This document shows, piece by piece, positions 30,464 to 41,199 of a DNA stretch of 64,000 nt. Below the pieces are notes generated by a model. It did not search any database. It saw only the letters and a program-made list of their open reading frames with translations, and was not told where the DNA came from. This DNA is from an uncultured Verrucomicrobiota bacterium. Its GTDB lineage: Bacteria > Verrucomicrobiota > Verrucomicrobiia > Opitutales > UBA9783. Location: positions 10,511 to 74,510 of the forward strand of contig CAMHMO010000001.1 of the NCBI GenBank assembly GCA_946186275.1, written 5' to 3'. A program made the position numbers and the translations under genes. Positions within the stretch are counted from its first letter, which is position 1. Each line of letters starts with the position of its first letter.

Positions 30464-31048
30464 ATGGTCGTCCTTTTACCGAAATTCGCCTGGTGTATTG
30501 CGCATCTCGGAAGCGACGGGAATTGGTGGATTAAGGAGGTCAGCGAGGATCGAAATTGGGACTTTGAGATACCGAGCCTTTTGTCGCCCGCTCAGATACA
30601 AAAGGTTTTAAGGCAATCCAAAGCGGAACTTGAACCGTATGGGATTTCGACAGACGATTGGAATGAGGCGTTTTATCGTTTCAGAGTCGATAAGCGTTTG
30701 AATGACGGGTGTGTTCGGCTGGTTCGTACGGTCGAACGGCTTGCGAGCGAAGAAAACAAAAAAGGATCCGAAAAAAACGAAGAAAAGCTCTTGTTTGCAT
30801 TGCCGAACGAGGTTGAAGAAGACCGCCATCCGTATGTTGATTTTTTGGATAAGCTCATCAAAGCGCGCGTCGCACTTTTAAACGAGCACATAAATTTTGT
30901 CCAAAAACTTTCGGCGGATGAAGTCAAAGAAATGCTGGATGATGCGCATCGTTCTTTATACTTCGAAGGCGCAAGTTTGCATGTGTTTCGGGAAATAAGC
31001 GATATTTTGAATTACATTCCGAGCGGCTTTGAGTTGCGCAATATATAA
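30464..31048 (+). CDS. Hypothetical protein (194 aa)
   Basis: Uninterrupted ORF with protein-like composition; no motif recognised. Confidence 0.6.
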   Translation: MVVLLPKFAWCIAHLGSDGNWWIKEVSEDRNWDFEIPSLLSPAQIQKVLRQSKAELEPYGISTDDWNEAFYRFRVDKRLNDGCVRLVRTVERLASEENKKGSEKNEEKLLFALPNEVEEDRHPYVDFLDKLIKARVALLNEHINFVQKLSADEVKEMLDDAHRSLYFEGASLHVFREISDILNYIPSGFELRNI

Positions 31049-31126
31049 TTTTTTCGTCAGATGCGGCGAAACGTGCATGAAAACGCGCTTGCGTTGCCGT
31101 CATTTTTTTGAAAAAGTGAAAATGCT

Positions 31127-31201
31127 GGCACGGTAGTCAAGTGGTAAGGCCGAGGTCTGCAAAACCTCTATGCGTCGGTTCGATTCCGACCCGTGCCTCC
31201 A
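31127..31201 (+). tRNA. tRNA-Cys(GCA)
   Basis: GGCACGGTAGTCAAGTGGTAAGGCCGAGGTCTGCAAAACCTC...GGTTCGATTCC...CCGTGCCTCCA. Confidence 0.95.
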
Positions 31202-31233
31202 TCGGTTTTTGAGAAACCGTTTAGATTCGTTTT

Positions 31234-31875
31234 ATGGAGCCGTTTAAGCAGGAATGGGAAGATTTTCGTGCGCGGCGTTTTCGGGTTGCCAAAAAGTGGT
31301 TGCGTTACCTTCCTTCTCGCGTAACTCTTCGAAAGAGTTTTATTTTCAGAAAGTTCGGCGGTTTGTTTTTGAATAAAGTGCCACAGTTGTGGTCGTTCTC
31401 CTACAAACCGATGCGTAATGCCTGGTATGCCGGTTGGATTTTGACCTGGTGGCCGGTGATGGGCATTCAAATTCCGCTTGCGACGATTCTTGCCGTTCTT
31501 TTTAGAGCGAATTTGTTGCTGACGGCGGCGTTGCAATTTGTTTCGAACCCCTTGACTGTTCCGTTCATGTATCCGCTGGAATTTTACGTCGGCAAGCGAA
31601 TTGCGGATATGCTTCCGTTTCAGGTTGAGTGGATTGAAAAAGCCAGTCTGAAGGAGATGTTGACCGCTATCAAAAGCGGTTCTTGGGAGCAGTTGCTGTC
31701 GATCGGTTGGGGCGGTTTTGTGCTGTGTTGCATCGGCGGAACGCTGATCGGTTGTGTCTGCGCCTTTGTTTCCTGTAAAATCCACAAACGCCTCATTCGC
31801 AATTCCATGATGAACTATGAACAGTTTGTGGCGATGAAACGCAAACAAATCAAAGAACTTTCGGAGTGGCAGTAG
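31234..31875 (+). CDS. DUF2062-family membrane protein
   Basis: WPVMGIQIPLATILAVLFRAN...FVSNPLTVPFMYPLEFYVG. Confidence 0.8.
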   Translation: MEPFKQEWEDFRARRFRVAKKWLRYLPSRVTLRKSFIFRKFGGLFLNKVPQLWSFSYKPMRNAWYAGWILTWWPVMGIQIPLATILAVLFRANLLLTAALQFVSNPLTVPFMYPLEFYVGKRIADMLPFQVEWIEKASLKEMLTAIKSGSWEQLLSIGWGGFVLCCIGGTLIGCVCAFVSCKIHKRLIRNSMMNYEQFVAMKRKQIKELSEWQ

Positions 31876-31945
31876 GGTAGGGGTGTGTAACTTTACACCC
31901 ATGCCGTACACTGCGGTTTTTATCCCTGATTTATTTTTACTTGAC

Positions 31946-31980
<35 letters not shown>

Positions 31981-31993
31981 AGATACTATGAAT

Positions 31994-33736
31994 ATGAGAT
32001 ACATCAAGTCATTCTTAACAGGCACGACATTGGTCGTTGCATCAACAACCGGCATCATGGCTGATCCGCCCAATGGTATCAAACTGATTGACAAGGCAAA
32101 GATTAAGCATCCGGTATTCGCAGCAATGAAGGTCATATCCCATAAGGAAGATCTTGATTTTTATCATCAAAAGGTAAAGGATCCGAACAAATCTCTGTTT
32201 GAAAACGAATATGACGAAGGAGTGTTGGCGGAGAATTTCATAAAGTATGTCCTTAATACGGATTCTCTGCAACAGGCAAATATCCCGCAGAAGGATATGG
32301 AGAAGTTTGTGGTTGAAACTTGTAACTCTCAAGCCGGTATGGCAACGTTAAAAGTCATCACGGCGAATTACATGCGCGAGTACGATCGGATCAAACAGTT
32401 TTGCAAAAAGCATGAAGGAGAGCTGAAAGAGTGTTACGATTTCAGTCAGACGGAAGAGGGGAAAGAGCTTTATGAGAAAGAAAGGCAGATTTTTGAGTTG
32501 GAAGAAAAATTGAAGGAATTATTCGATCTCAAAACCGACCTGCATAAACACAGTAAGGTAAAAGTGGAAATCTCCCGAGAGGATCTTTTAAAGTTATCCA
32601 AGTGGTGCTATGGTCAGAAGGATGGAAATTTGTTCGAAGGTAAAATACCCCTTTCGGACGAAATTATCAATTCTCACAAACGGCGGGAGCGCAACATCCG
32701 AAAGTATTTTGGTCCTGAATGTAAGGATGAATTGAAAGCACTATCCGATCTGTGCAAAGAAGCGGAACAAGAGAACAAAAACTCGGATTTCGACAAACAG
32801 GAATTTATTAAGTTCGGAAAGACGTTGGAGAAAGCGTACAAAAAAGAAACAGAGAAAGAAAACGAAAAGAAATTTTCCTGCATAAGGCGATCGGTCGTGC
32901 CCGCGTGTTATTTCCCTATTTTGTATCGGTATTTTTTTATAAAGGATGATTCGGAATACGCAAACATCCAAGCCGTTAATAAATTTTTGTACCGTGCTTT
33001 GAAGTTGAAAAATGATGATGAATTTTGCACTTTTGTGTCGGAAACATTATCGATCGGTCTGATGAAAGAGACCGAGAAGATCGGGAATTATCATGTGAAT
33101 TCCTCTGGTAAATTTTCGGCTTTTACAGGAGATCGATACGGTTCTCTTTTGCATGAATTGATGCATTTTATGAATGCCATCGATTGCTTCGAAGCGGCAG
33201 AAAATGCACCCAATATCAGCCTGTTAACATTCAAATCCAAAATTATTGAAAATATCGAAGTCGTTTCAAAATTGAAGTTTTCAAAGGAGGATATTTACCC
33301 AAAGAAAGAAAAGAAGGAAAGTGAGGAAGAAGAAGAAGAGAATGAAGAGGCAACGCAGAAGTCTAATGAGGAATTGGACAACGAGAAACTTGAGGATATA
33401 CGTAATGAACTTGAAAAAACATTGGGGATTTTATACGATAACGCTTGCGAGGTATGGACGATGTACGGGATTTTTATCTGCAAAGATAAGCAGCCGGGAG
33501 AGTATGAATTCTACTACGATCCAATCAATGAAGCTGTTTCGGATGCCGAATGCAAAATTATCGGCGAAGCACGAAAGCAGGTTGTAAGGACAGGGCACTG
33601 CCAGTTTGTTGGAACGGAAGAAGAACATATAGATCCTGAATCATCGTTAACAATAGAAGTACTAAACAAAAAAGTAGGTATATATCAATTCTACTTCGAT
33701 AAGGGCGAAGACTTAAGAAAGCTGATAGATAAGTAG
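31994..33736 (+). CDS. Putative exported zinc metalloprotease (HExxH), about 580 aa
   Basis: Signal-like MRYIKSFLTGTTLVVASTTGIMAD; SLLHELMH at 33152-33166; the ORF is also open upstream from 31883 through the TC tract. Confidence 0.65.
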   Translation: MRYIKSFLTGTTLVVASTTGIMADPPNGIKLIDKAKIKHPVFAAMKVISHKEDLDFYHQKVKDPNKSLFENEYDEGVLAENFIKYVLNTDSLQQANIPQKDMEKFVVETCNSQAGMATLKVITANYMREYDRIKQFCKKHEGELKECYDFSQTEEGKELYEKERQIFELEEKLKELFDLKTDLHKHSKVKVEISREDLLKLSKWCYGQKDGNLFEGKIPLSDEIINSHKRRERNIRKYFGPECKDELKALSDLCKEAEQENKNSDFDKQEFIKFGKTLEKAYKKETEKENEKKFSCIRRSVVPACYFPILYRYFFIKDDSEYANIQAVNKFLYRALKLKNDDEFCTFVSETLSIGLMKETEKIGNYHVNSSGKFSAFTGDRYGSLLHELMHFMNAIDCFEAAENAPNISLLTFKSKIIENIEVVSKLKFSKEDIYPKKEKKESEEEEEENEEATQKSNEELDNEKLEDIRNELEKTLGILYDNACEVWTMYGIFICKDKQPGEYEFYYDPINEAVSDAECKIIGEARKQVVRTGHCQFVGTEEEHIDPESSLTIEVLNKKVGIYQFYFDKGEDLRKLIDK

Positions 33737-33853
33737 AACACATAAAAAAGTGCAACTCTTTCGTTAATGCTCTTCAAGAGTCGAACAAATGCGTCTCCTT
33801 GCACGCATTTGTTCGGCTTTATCAGCGTTCTTCTCTAATATGTTATTATCTGT

Positions 33854-35131
33854 TTATTGAGGGAACAAATCATCCATAACGGCTTTCACGGCTCCCTGAT
33901 GAGCGTGAATCCATTGCCGAGCCGCCTGACCGCAGGAAACGGCATTTTCCGGATGCTTTAACAAAAACAACAACTGTTGTTCCAAATGTTCGACATCGGC
34001 ACAACGAACCGCCGCGTGCAGGTGTTCGAGATCGGTACAAATATCGACGAAATTTTCCATATGAGAACCGTACACCATCGGTTTCCCGAAAACCGCCGCT
34101 TCGATGGGGGTTTGCCCGCCGTAGTGCGGCGGAAAGCTTTTGCCGATAAAAACCAAATCCGCCGTCGGGAGGAAGGAACGCAATTCACCCGTGGTATTAA
34201 CGACATAAATATCGGCATTTTTTGTCGGTTGCGTTCGAAAACAAAACGTAACGGGATAAGTTTGCAGTAAAGCTTTAACTTCGTGTATGCGTTCGACGTG
34301 GCGCGGAACCAGAATGAGCCTCAACTGCGGAAATTCCTTGCGTGCTTTTAAAAAGAATTCAACCAACATTTTTTCTTCGCCCGACCAGGTGGAAGCTCCC
34401 AATAAAACGGTTGCGTTTTGCCATTGATCGCCCAATTCTTTTCGCGAAATAACGGAAATACTCGCGGTTGCCGATTGGATGGCGGCATCGATTTTTAAAT
34501 TTCCCGCCTGGATAATCGGAATATCCTTCGGACATAACGCCCGGAAGCGCTCCGCATCGGCATGACTTGCGGCAAAGATCTTTGTAAGAAAACCGAACAG
34601 TATGCGTGCGATTGGCAAAAAGCGTTGATAACGCGAAAACGTTCTGTCGGAAACACGACCATTGATGAGATAAACGGGAACGGAGTGCTTTTTTGCCTGA
34701 AAGAGATGCTCCGGCCACAGTTCGGATTCCGTCAGAAGAACGGCTCTCGGACGAATGCGTCGCCAAGCGGAAGCAGAAAATAGCCAAAAATCGAGCGAAA
34801 AATAACCGAATGTATCGACCAGGGAAGCGTATTTTTTTTCAACAATCCGAAACGCCGTTGAGGTTGTAGTCGTCAAATAAACGGGAATGTTTCGTTGTTT
34901 CAATGCAACCAAAAGCGGTTGCAACGATTCGATTTCACCAATGCTTACCGCCTGTATCCACACGGGAGACGGTCGTTTGGGTTTCGACAGCCAACCGAAG
35001 CGATTAAAAAAGTGCCTCCCGTACCCGCCGCGTTTCCGCATGCGCAGTAAGTAATATGGCAATACGCACAACAGTATCGGCAGAAATAGTAACCGATAAA
35101 TGGCAATGAAGATGTAATGTCTGAGGCGCAA
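33854..35131 (-). CDS. waaA: Kdo transferase
   Basis: VWIQAVSIGE, TESELWP, INGRVSDR, ILVPRHVER, GGQTPIEAA. Confidence 0.92.
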   Translation of the reverse strand: MRLRHYIFIAIYRLLFLPILLCVLPYYLLRMRKRGGYGRHFFNRFGWLSKPKRPSPVWIQAVSIGEIESLQPLLVALKQRNIPVYLTTTTSTAFRIVEKKYASLVDTFGYFSLDFWLFSASAWRRIRPRAVLLTESELWPEHLFQAKKHSVPVYLINGRVSDRTFSRYQRFLPIARILFGFLTKIFAASHADAERFRALCPKDIPIIQAGNLKIDAAIQSATASISVISRKELGDQWQNATVLLGASTWSGEEKMLVEFFLKARKEFPQLRLILVPRHVERIHEVKALLQTYPVTFCFRTQPTKNADIYVVNTTGELRSFLPTADLVFIGKSFPPHYGGQTPIEAAVFGKPMVYGSHMENFVDICTDLEHLHAAVRCADVEHLEQQLLFLLKHPENAVSCGQAARQWIHAHQGAVKAVMDDLFPQ

Positions 35132-35486
35132 TTTTCTTATTTTTTAGACGTTTGACAGCGATAACAGATTCTATCGTGGAATTTTTGGGGTAAAAAGCAA
35201 CCCGATAACAATAACAACGAATGGGAAGACCTCTGCGGTTAAAAATTTACATTTATTGAGTATCTTTAGATATTGTTGAAGTATATAAAATACCGTTTTG
35301 TCCCAATGCAGGTAGAGTGGCGGAAAATTTGAAAATGTTAATAAAGATTAGACATAATATCCATTGTGCGGCGTTCCGAAACCTCTTCTTTCTTTTTTTT
35401 CTTTCTTCTGATTTATTTAAATTTTTAACGTTATTCTCTATAGTATTGCGTCCCGACGCATGTGGTCGGGTTAAATCCGACAGGTT

Positions 35487-35868
35487 GTGTCAAAAAATAC
35501 ACTGAATAATGTCTTACTGAAATTAAAGGATATTGAAAACTTTTGCGATTTGGTAAAATCCGAAGCCTTACGTCGGGCGAAAGAGGGAACGAAGTTTTTC
35601 GGGTTCCGCCTGCAAAAAGGCAGAACGATGCGGACTTTCGGCGATGAAAAAAAAGTTGCGGAAATTTTGGGAAAGAACGGTATCGACCCGTAGGTAAAAC
35701 GTTTGCGCAGTGTTACGGATATCGAAAAAGCGTGTCCGCATTACAGTATCATGGCGGAATTAGAACCGTACATCGTGACGAGAACCGTACATCGTGACGG
35801 AAACCAAGTCCCCTACCATTGTGGCGGTTAAGGCATTTCCATCACTTAATCTTCATCATTGTATGTAA
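35487..35868 (+). pseudogene. Decayed C-terminal fragment of a phage DUF2800-like (PD-(D/E)XK) gene
   Basis: EALRRAKEGTKFFGFRLQKGRTMRTFGDEKKV...GIDP*VKRL...IEK...KSPTIV resembles the DUF2800 C-terminus; in-frame TAG at 35691-35693 and a 19-bp duplication. Confidence 0.6.
35762..35799 (+). repeat. 19-bp perfect tandem duplication AGAACCGTACATCGTGACG x2
   Basis: Units at 35762-35780 and 35781-35799. Confidence 0.95.
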
Positions 35869-36089
35869 AAATATATCCGAAATTCAACTTTAATTTTATT
35901 TAAAATGAAACGATTTTATGAAAAATTATATTCTCGTTTGAGAAATGTTTTCATGGTTTTTTAAGTTTTTGTTTCGATTTTAAATAAATCCAAAGTCGGA
36001 TTTCAAACAAAACAACACAAATGTAAAAGTGGTTTGAATTTATAAAGTTCCAGGCTCTCGGCACAATTTTTAAATATAACTCCAAAGAT

Positions 36090-37922
36090 TTAAGAATTCT
36101 TAAACTCTGGAACCCATCCCCGAATAAACCTCAACGCATCCTCTTCGCTTTTCAACCCCTGAATGACATCCAAATAACTTTCCACAGGTTCCAATTTTGA
36201 AACATACGACGTATTTTCTTTATGGATATTGACCAGTTGATGGTTTGTGGAGATGAGAGAAGTTGCATCGTCAATCAATTCTTCATGTAATTTTTCGCCC
36301 GGTCGAATACCGGTAAAAATAATAGGAGTATCGGTAGCACCGCTCAATTCAATCATGCGTTTGGCGACATCCAGAATTTTAACCGACTGCCCCATATCCA
36401 GGATATAAATCTTCCCGTCGCCGTCTTGGAATGTGAATGCTTCTAAAATTAAACTCACCGCTTCGGGAATGGTCATGAAGTAACGTGTCATATCCGGGTG
36501 CGTCACCGTGACGGGACCGCCACGGGCAATCTGTTCTTTGAACGTGGGTAAAACGCTTCCCGCGGATCCGAGCACGTTTCCGAAGCGAACCGCCATGAAT
36601 TGTGTTATGTTTCTCGAACGCTGTTGCAATGCCATACAGAGCATTTCGCAAATGCGTTTCGTCGCACCCATGTTGTTGGACGGATGCACGGCTTTATCCG
36701 TCGAAACCAAAACAAATTTCTCGGCACCGTATTCGGCGGCATAAAGTCCCAACAGAAGGGTTCCGCCAACATTGTTTTGCACGGCGGTCAACGCCTGATT
36801 TTCCAACAGAGGCACATGTTTATAGGCAGCGGCATGAAAAACGTAATGCGGTTTAAATTTCTCAAAACAGGCGCGTAACGGTTCACGATGCGTAATATTC
36901 AGTAAAACGGGTTCGCAGGCGTAACCTTGTGCCAATAACGATTGTTGTATTTTAAATAAATTGTATTCGCAATGATCGATAAGAACCAAAGTTTTCGGAT
37001 GTTTTTTGGCAATTTGCAGGGATAATTCACTTCCGATGGAGCCGCCGGCACCCGTTATGAAAATAACTTTTCCCTCGATTTGCCTTGTGCTTTCCGCCGT
37101 ATTCAGACGAATGGGATCGCGTGCCAGAAAATCTTCAATTTCCAACGGGCGCAACTTGGAAGCAAACGCGCGACCGCTTAAAAACTCTCCGATCGACGGC
37201 ACGTTAAAAACTTTCAAATGAAGCGATTGTGCCAGTTGCGCGCATTCGAAAAAGCGCTTTTGCGACAAACTGCCCGTAAAAATCACTCCTTGAAGGTCTT
37301 GCCGTTCCGCCAAATCACTCAATCGTTCCGGGGTTCCGACAACGGGTACGCCGTGCAACTTCCGACCGTGGTATTTCGGATTGTCGTCCAGAACTGCAAT
37401 CGGCTGCATGTTGCAAAGGTGATTGGTTTTCAGGCTGGAGATAATTTGCGATGCCGTTTCATTGGTTCCGATGACGGCAATTTTCATTTTTTCATGCGCA
37501 ACGCTGCCTGCGGAGGATGCGAGAAAAAAGGAGGTATTTAATATGCGCAAACTCGCCCGAAAGAAAAAAATAAACAAAATCGAAAACAGCAGGTCTGCAA
37601 TGAGAATATCCCGCTCCGGCAACCACGGCGCTCGAATGAAGTAGTGACACAGGGCGAGCCCCGTTGAAACGGAAACGAAACAGACGATGATTTTGAACAA
37701 ATCGGGCAGGCGGAAGTAGGAAAAAATACCCTTGAATTCTCCGATGAGTACCAGGATGATAATTTTCAGACTCACCAGCCAACCGTTCGTTTGCCACATC
37801 GTTTGCTGGACAGTATCGGGAATAAGAAAACCGTACTTTAAATTATAGGCGAGTACCAAACTTGCCGACAGGCAGAAAAAATAAACGCCGACCTTCAGCA
37901 ACAGAACAACGTATCGTTTCAT
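36090..37922 (-). CDS. Membrane-anchored nucleoside-diphosphate sugar 4,6-dehydratase/epimerase (CapD/PglF/WbpM family)
   Basis: Four N-terminal TMs, ITGAGGSIGSEL, HAAAYKHVP, VSTDKAV, VRFGNVLGSAGSV, GIRPGEKLHEEL. Confidence 0.93.
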   Translation of the reverse strand: MKRYVVLLLKVGVYFFCLSASLVLAYNLKYGFLIPDTVQQTMWQTNGWLVSLKIIILVLIGEFKGIFSYFRLPDLFKIIVCFVSVSTGLALCHYFIRAPWLPERDILIADLLFSILFIFFFRASLRILNTSFFLASSAGSVAHEKMKIAVIGTNETASQIISSLKTNHLCNMQPIAVLDDNPKYHGRKLHGVPVVGTPERLSDLAERQDLQGVIFTGSLSQKRFFECAQLAQSLHLKVFNVPSIGEFLSGRAFASKLRPLEIEDFLARDPIRLNTAESTRQIEGKVIFITGAGGSIGSELSLQIAKKHPKTLVLIDHCEYNLFKIQQSLLAQGYACEPVLLNITHREPLRACFEKFKPHYVFHAAAYKHVPLLENQALTAVQNNVGGTLLLGLYAAEYGAEKFVLVSTDKAVHPSNNMGATKRICEMLCMALQQRSRNITQFMAVRFGNVLGSAGSVLPTFKEQIARGGPVTVTHPDMTRYFMTIPEAVSLILEAFTFQDGDGKIYILDMGQSVKILDVAKRMIELSGATDTPIIFTGIRPGEKLHEELIDDATSLISTNHQLVNIHKENTSYVSKLEPVESYLDVIQGLKSEEDALRFIRGWVPEFKNS

Positions 37923-38381
37923 GTTATCCGATCACGGCAATTTTCTTCTCCGTTTTTTCAAACCGCACAAAACTCGATTGCCCGCACACACCGCCTCCCG
38001 CTTTAACCTCCGAGATCGACAAGGGAGAGCTAAGAAAGACCGCTTTTGAAAGAGAGACATCGGATTGTTTCCTTGCCGACCACTCCACTCCGCAATTCAC
38101 AAGAAAAACCGTAAAAGTACTCGGCGACCGTATTTCAGCGTCCGATCTCTCCGAAACCCCGATGATTTCGTTTCCTAAACCACCCGAGACAGAAAGAAGT
38201 TCCACCCTTTTTTATGGTTTTGGCTCAAAAAATACATCTGCCCTGCGGGGTATTCGGGAAAAAGGAGCAGAGGTCGAAAAAACTTTTTTGTTGTTTTTAA
38301 CACACGTAACCGCTCCCCCACCCTGTCATTTTTCAACCGAATACCGCACCCCGACATCCGTTTTTCCCACTCGTGCCGACT

Positions 38382-40064
38382 TTACGGTTCCTGTTTGGAA
38401 CTTTCCCGTTCCGCTCGCGCGAAAGCCTCACCGATGGCGTTATTCAGTTCCCGATCCGCTGAAATTGTTTCGTACTGTTTAACTTCTTCCGCCAAACGCG
38501 CTTCGTCATACTTCGCCGCTTTAATGGAAAGTCCTAACCGACGTTCCGCCTTATCGATCTTTACGATACGCGCTTCCACCGTATCACCCGCCTTGAAGTG
38601 ATCCTGCAACTTTTCGACGCGCTCCTCGCTGACCTGGCTGATGTGCACAAGAGCTTCGATACCGTTCTCCAGCTCGACAAACAAACCGAAGGAAGCGACT
38701 TTTGTGACTTTCCCTTTAACGATATCCCCTATTTTGTACATCGTATCAACCACCGCCCACGGATCATCGGTCAGTTGCTTCATACCCAGGGAAATGCGTT
38801 GTGCCGACGGATCGCACTCCAACACAACGGCATCCACCTCGTCGCCTTTTTTAAGCAACTCACTCGGGTGGTTAATTTTCCGCGTCCAGCTCATGTCCGA
38901 AACGTGCACCATGCCGTCAATACCCTCTTCCAGACCGATGAAGGCACCATAGTTTGTCAGGTTCCGCACCTGCCCGTGAACACACGCGCCGACGGGATAA
39001 TTATGCGTTGCCATATCCCACGGGTTATCGGTCAACTGCTTAATGCCGAGGGAAATGCGCTGTTCGTCCTTTTTAATTTCCAACACCACCACATCGATTT
39101 CGTCGCCGACTTTAAGAACCTCGCCCGGCTTCGTAATGTGTTTAATCCAGGAAAATTCGGTTAAGTGCACCAGTCCCTCAACGCCTTCCTCCAGCTCGAC
39201 GAATGCACCGTACTGCGTTAAATTCGTCACCTTTCCGTGCACCTTGGAACCGACGGGGTACTTATTCTCAATCCCGTCCCACGGATTGCCGTGGAGCTTC
39301 TTCATGCTCAGCGAAACGCGCTCTTTTTCGCGATCGATTTCCGTCACGACAACCTCCACTTCTTCGCCGACTTTGAGAACGTCGCCCGGATGGCTGACAC
39401 GCTTCCAGCTGATATCCGTTACGTGCACCAAGCCGTCCAGACCGTCCAGATCCACGAAAACGCCGTAATCGGTAATACTCTTCACAACGCCCCTGACGAC
39501 GGAACCGACTTTAACGGTATCCAAAACCTCCTGCCGCTTTTGCTGACGTTGCGTTTCAATCAATTCCCGACGCGAAACAACGATGTTGTGGCGCTCTTTG
39601 TTGATTTTAACAATTTTCAGATCGAACGTTTGCCCGATGTACTGATCCAAATCGCGCGGTGCCTGTGTGTCGATCTGAGACGAGGGCAAAAATGCATCCA
39701 CGCCGATATTCACGATGAGACCGCCTTTGGTCTTACCTTTCACGCGCCCGGAAATTTCGCCGCCTTCGGTGCACTTCTCCAAAATCGTTGCCCAATTCTT
39801 CTGCTGTTGCGCCCTGTTGTAGGAAAGCACAGGACGACCGTCGATGTTTTCAACGCGCTCCACATACACCTCGACGGTCTCGCCGACCGAAAGCTCATCC
39901 AAATTATCAAATTCACTTGCCGGAACAATGCCTTCCGCTTTTGCTCCGATATCGATTGCAACTTCGTCGGGACGAATTTCGGAAATCGTACCGCTCACAA
40001 TTTTATTCGCCCGCAGGCATTTCAAAGCATCCGCCTTTAGCAGACCTTCCATTACGTTTGTCAT
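38382..40064 (-). CDS. rpsA: 30S ribosomal protein S1
   Basis: Six S1 repeats (ITDYGVFVDL, LTQYGAFVEL, LTNYGAFIGL, VASFGLFVEL). Confidence 0.97.
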   Translation of the reverse strand: MTNVMEGLLKADALKCLRANKIVSGTISEIRPDEVAIDIGAKAEGIVPASEFDNLDELSVGETVEVYVERVENIDGRPVLSYNRAQQQKNWATILEKCTEGGEISGRVKGKTKGGLIVNIGVDAFLPSSQIDTQAPRDLDQYIGQTFDLKIVKINKERHNIVVSRRELIETQRQQKRQEVLDTVKVGSVVRGVVKSITDYGVFVDLDGLDGLVHVTDISWKRVSHPGDVLKVGEEVEVVVTEIDREKERVSLSMKKLHGNPWDGIENKYPVGSKVHGKVTNLTQYGAFVELEEGVEGLVHLTEFSWIKHITKPGEVLKVGDEIDVVVLEIKKDEQRISLGIKQLTDNPWDMATHNYPVGACVHGQVRNLTNYGAFIGLEEGIDGMVHVSDMSWTRKINHPSELLKKGDEVDAVVLECDPSAQRISLGMKQLTDDPWAVVDTMYKIGDIVKGKVTKVASFGLFVELENGIEALVHISQVSEERVEKLQDHFKAGDTVEARIVKIDKAERRLGLSIKAAKYDEARLAEEVKQYETISADRELNNAIGEAFARAERESSKQEP

Positions 40065-40091
40065 AGTTGTGTCTCCCGCATTTCTGCGTGA

Positions 40092-40105
40092 GGGTTAAGG
40101 GTTAA
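40092..40105 (-). promoter_or_regulatory. TTAACCCTTAACCC motif in the rpsA leader
   Basis: Plus strand GGGTTAAGGGTTAA; ends 27 nt before the rpsA ATG; identical to the rpsB leader motif. Confidence 0.35.
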
Positions 40106-40340
40106 ACAAAAAAGAACACCTTTACTGTGAAGGATTTTTGAGCCATCGCAAGGAAAATTTCGCAGTTTTATTACCTTCATGAGAAATTTTTGGCATGATT
40201 TCGAATCTCTCCGGTGCACAAGCTTTATCGTCCGCGATCGAAATGCACAAAATTTTTCCCTTTGCATAAAATTTCCTTTCAAAAATATTGACAGCGTTTA
40301 TTTGTATTTCCCATATTGGGAGTGTAGAGTTTTGGCACTG

Positions 40341-40417
40341 GGGGTGGTAGTTCAGCCGGCTAGAACGCCTGCCTGTCACGCAGGAGGTCGCGAGTTCGAG
40401 TCTCGTCCATCCCGCCA
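40341..40417 (+). tRNA. tRNA-Asp(GTC)
   Basis: GGGGTGGTAGTTCAGCCGG...CCTGTCACGCAGG...GTTCGAGTC...CCATCCCGCCA. Confidence 0.95.
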
Positions 40418-41199
40418 GAGGTTTTTCAGGAAGGGTTGTTTTGCGGTTTGGTTTTTACCAAAGTTAAGGTGGTGGTTGGGTAGAGTTGCGTGCGTTTCCT
40501 TTTTTCTTTTCTTCTTTCGGTGTGTATTTTTACGACGTCGTTAGTAGTTGTTAAACAATCCTGTGAAAAACCGCTCCTGTTTCGTCGTACGACCTTGGCG
40601 TTCAAAGCTGTCTTTGGTTTTAATCAAATGCGATTTCGAGTAGGTAATTTTTTATCCCGATTGATGCGGATAAATGCACGCAAGGGAAAAACGGGGTTGA
40701 TAATCCGAAATTGTTGCAATCTGCTCCGAGCAGTATTTTTTAAAACGACACAATTTCTAATCCAGGAAGCAGTGCGATTCCATGCACCGCAAAAAAATAA
40801 AATTACTTCAAAAACAGCGAAAAAGCACCTTAAGAGAAAAATGAAAATCGATAAGCGCGTAAAGTTGTCGTGAGTATCGAATAAAAGGCAAATGCGGTTT
40901 AGGATTCGTGGTTTAAACGGAAAAAGACAACAGGAAATTTTTTGATGCTCCGTTTGAACAAGTTCGATACCAAAGCTGGAATGTTCTTCTGGTTTAGCGT
41001 GCGAGTCGTCTGTCGAGGTACAAAAAGAGCGGTTGGTGTGCTATGATTTTTAACTTGTTGCCAAAGGTTACAGAAAAACGCCTCCACTGAAAGCAAAATA
41101 CGATCATATGCGCTTTGGAATTATGGAAAGTACGCTACAGATGACGCAGATTAGAATTTTTCGCGAAGCTGTGAAATTTTGAACACCATCTGCAGGTTC

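Noticed and set aside
37862-38482. ORFs 37862-38482 (+) and 37924-38205 (-) between rpsA and the CapD-like gene
   Set aside because: No motifs, overlap with real genes, and composition typical of intergenic sequence
40490-40873. 127-aa plus-strand ORF after tRNA-Asp
   Set aside because: GTG start, F/K/R-biased composition typical of AT-rich non-coding DNA, no family features
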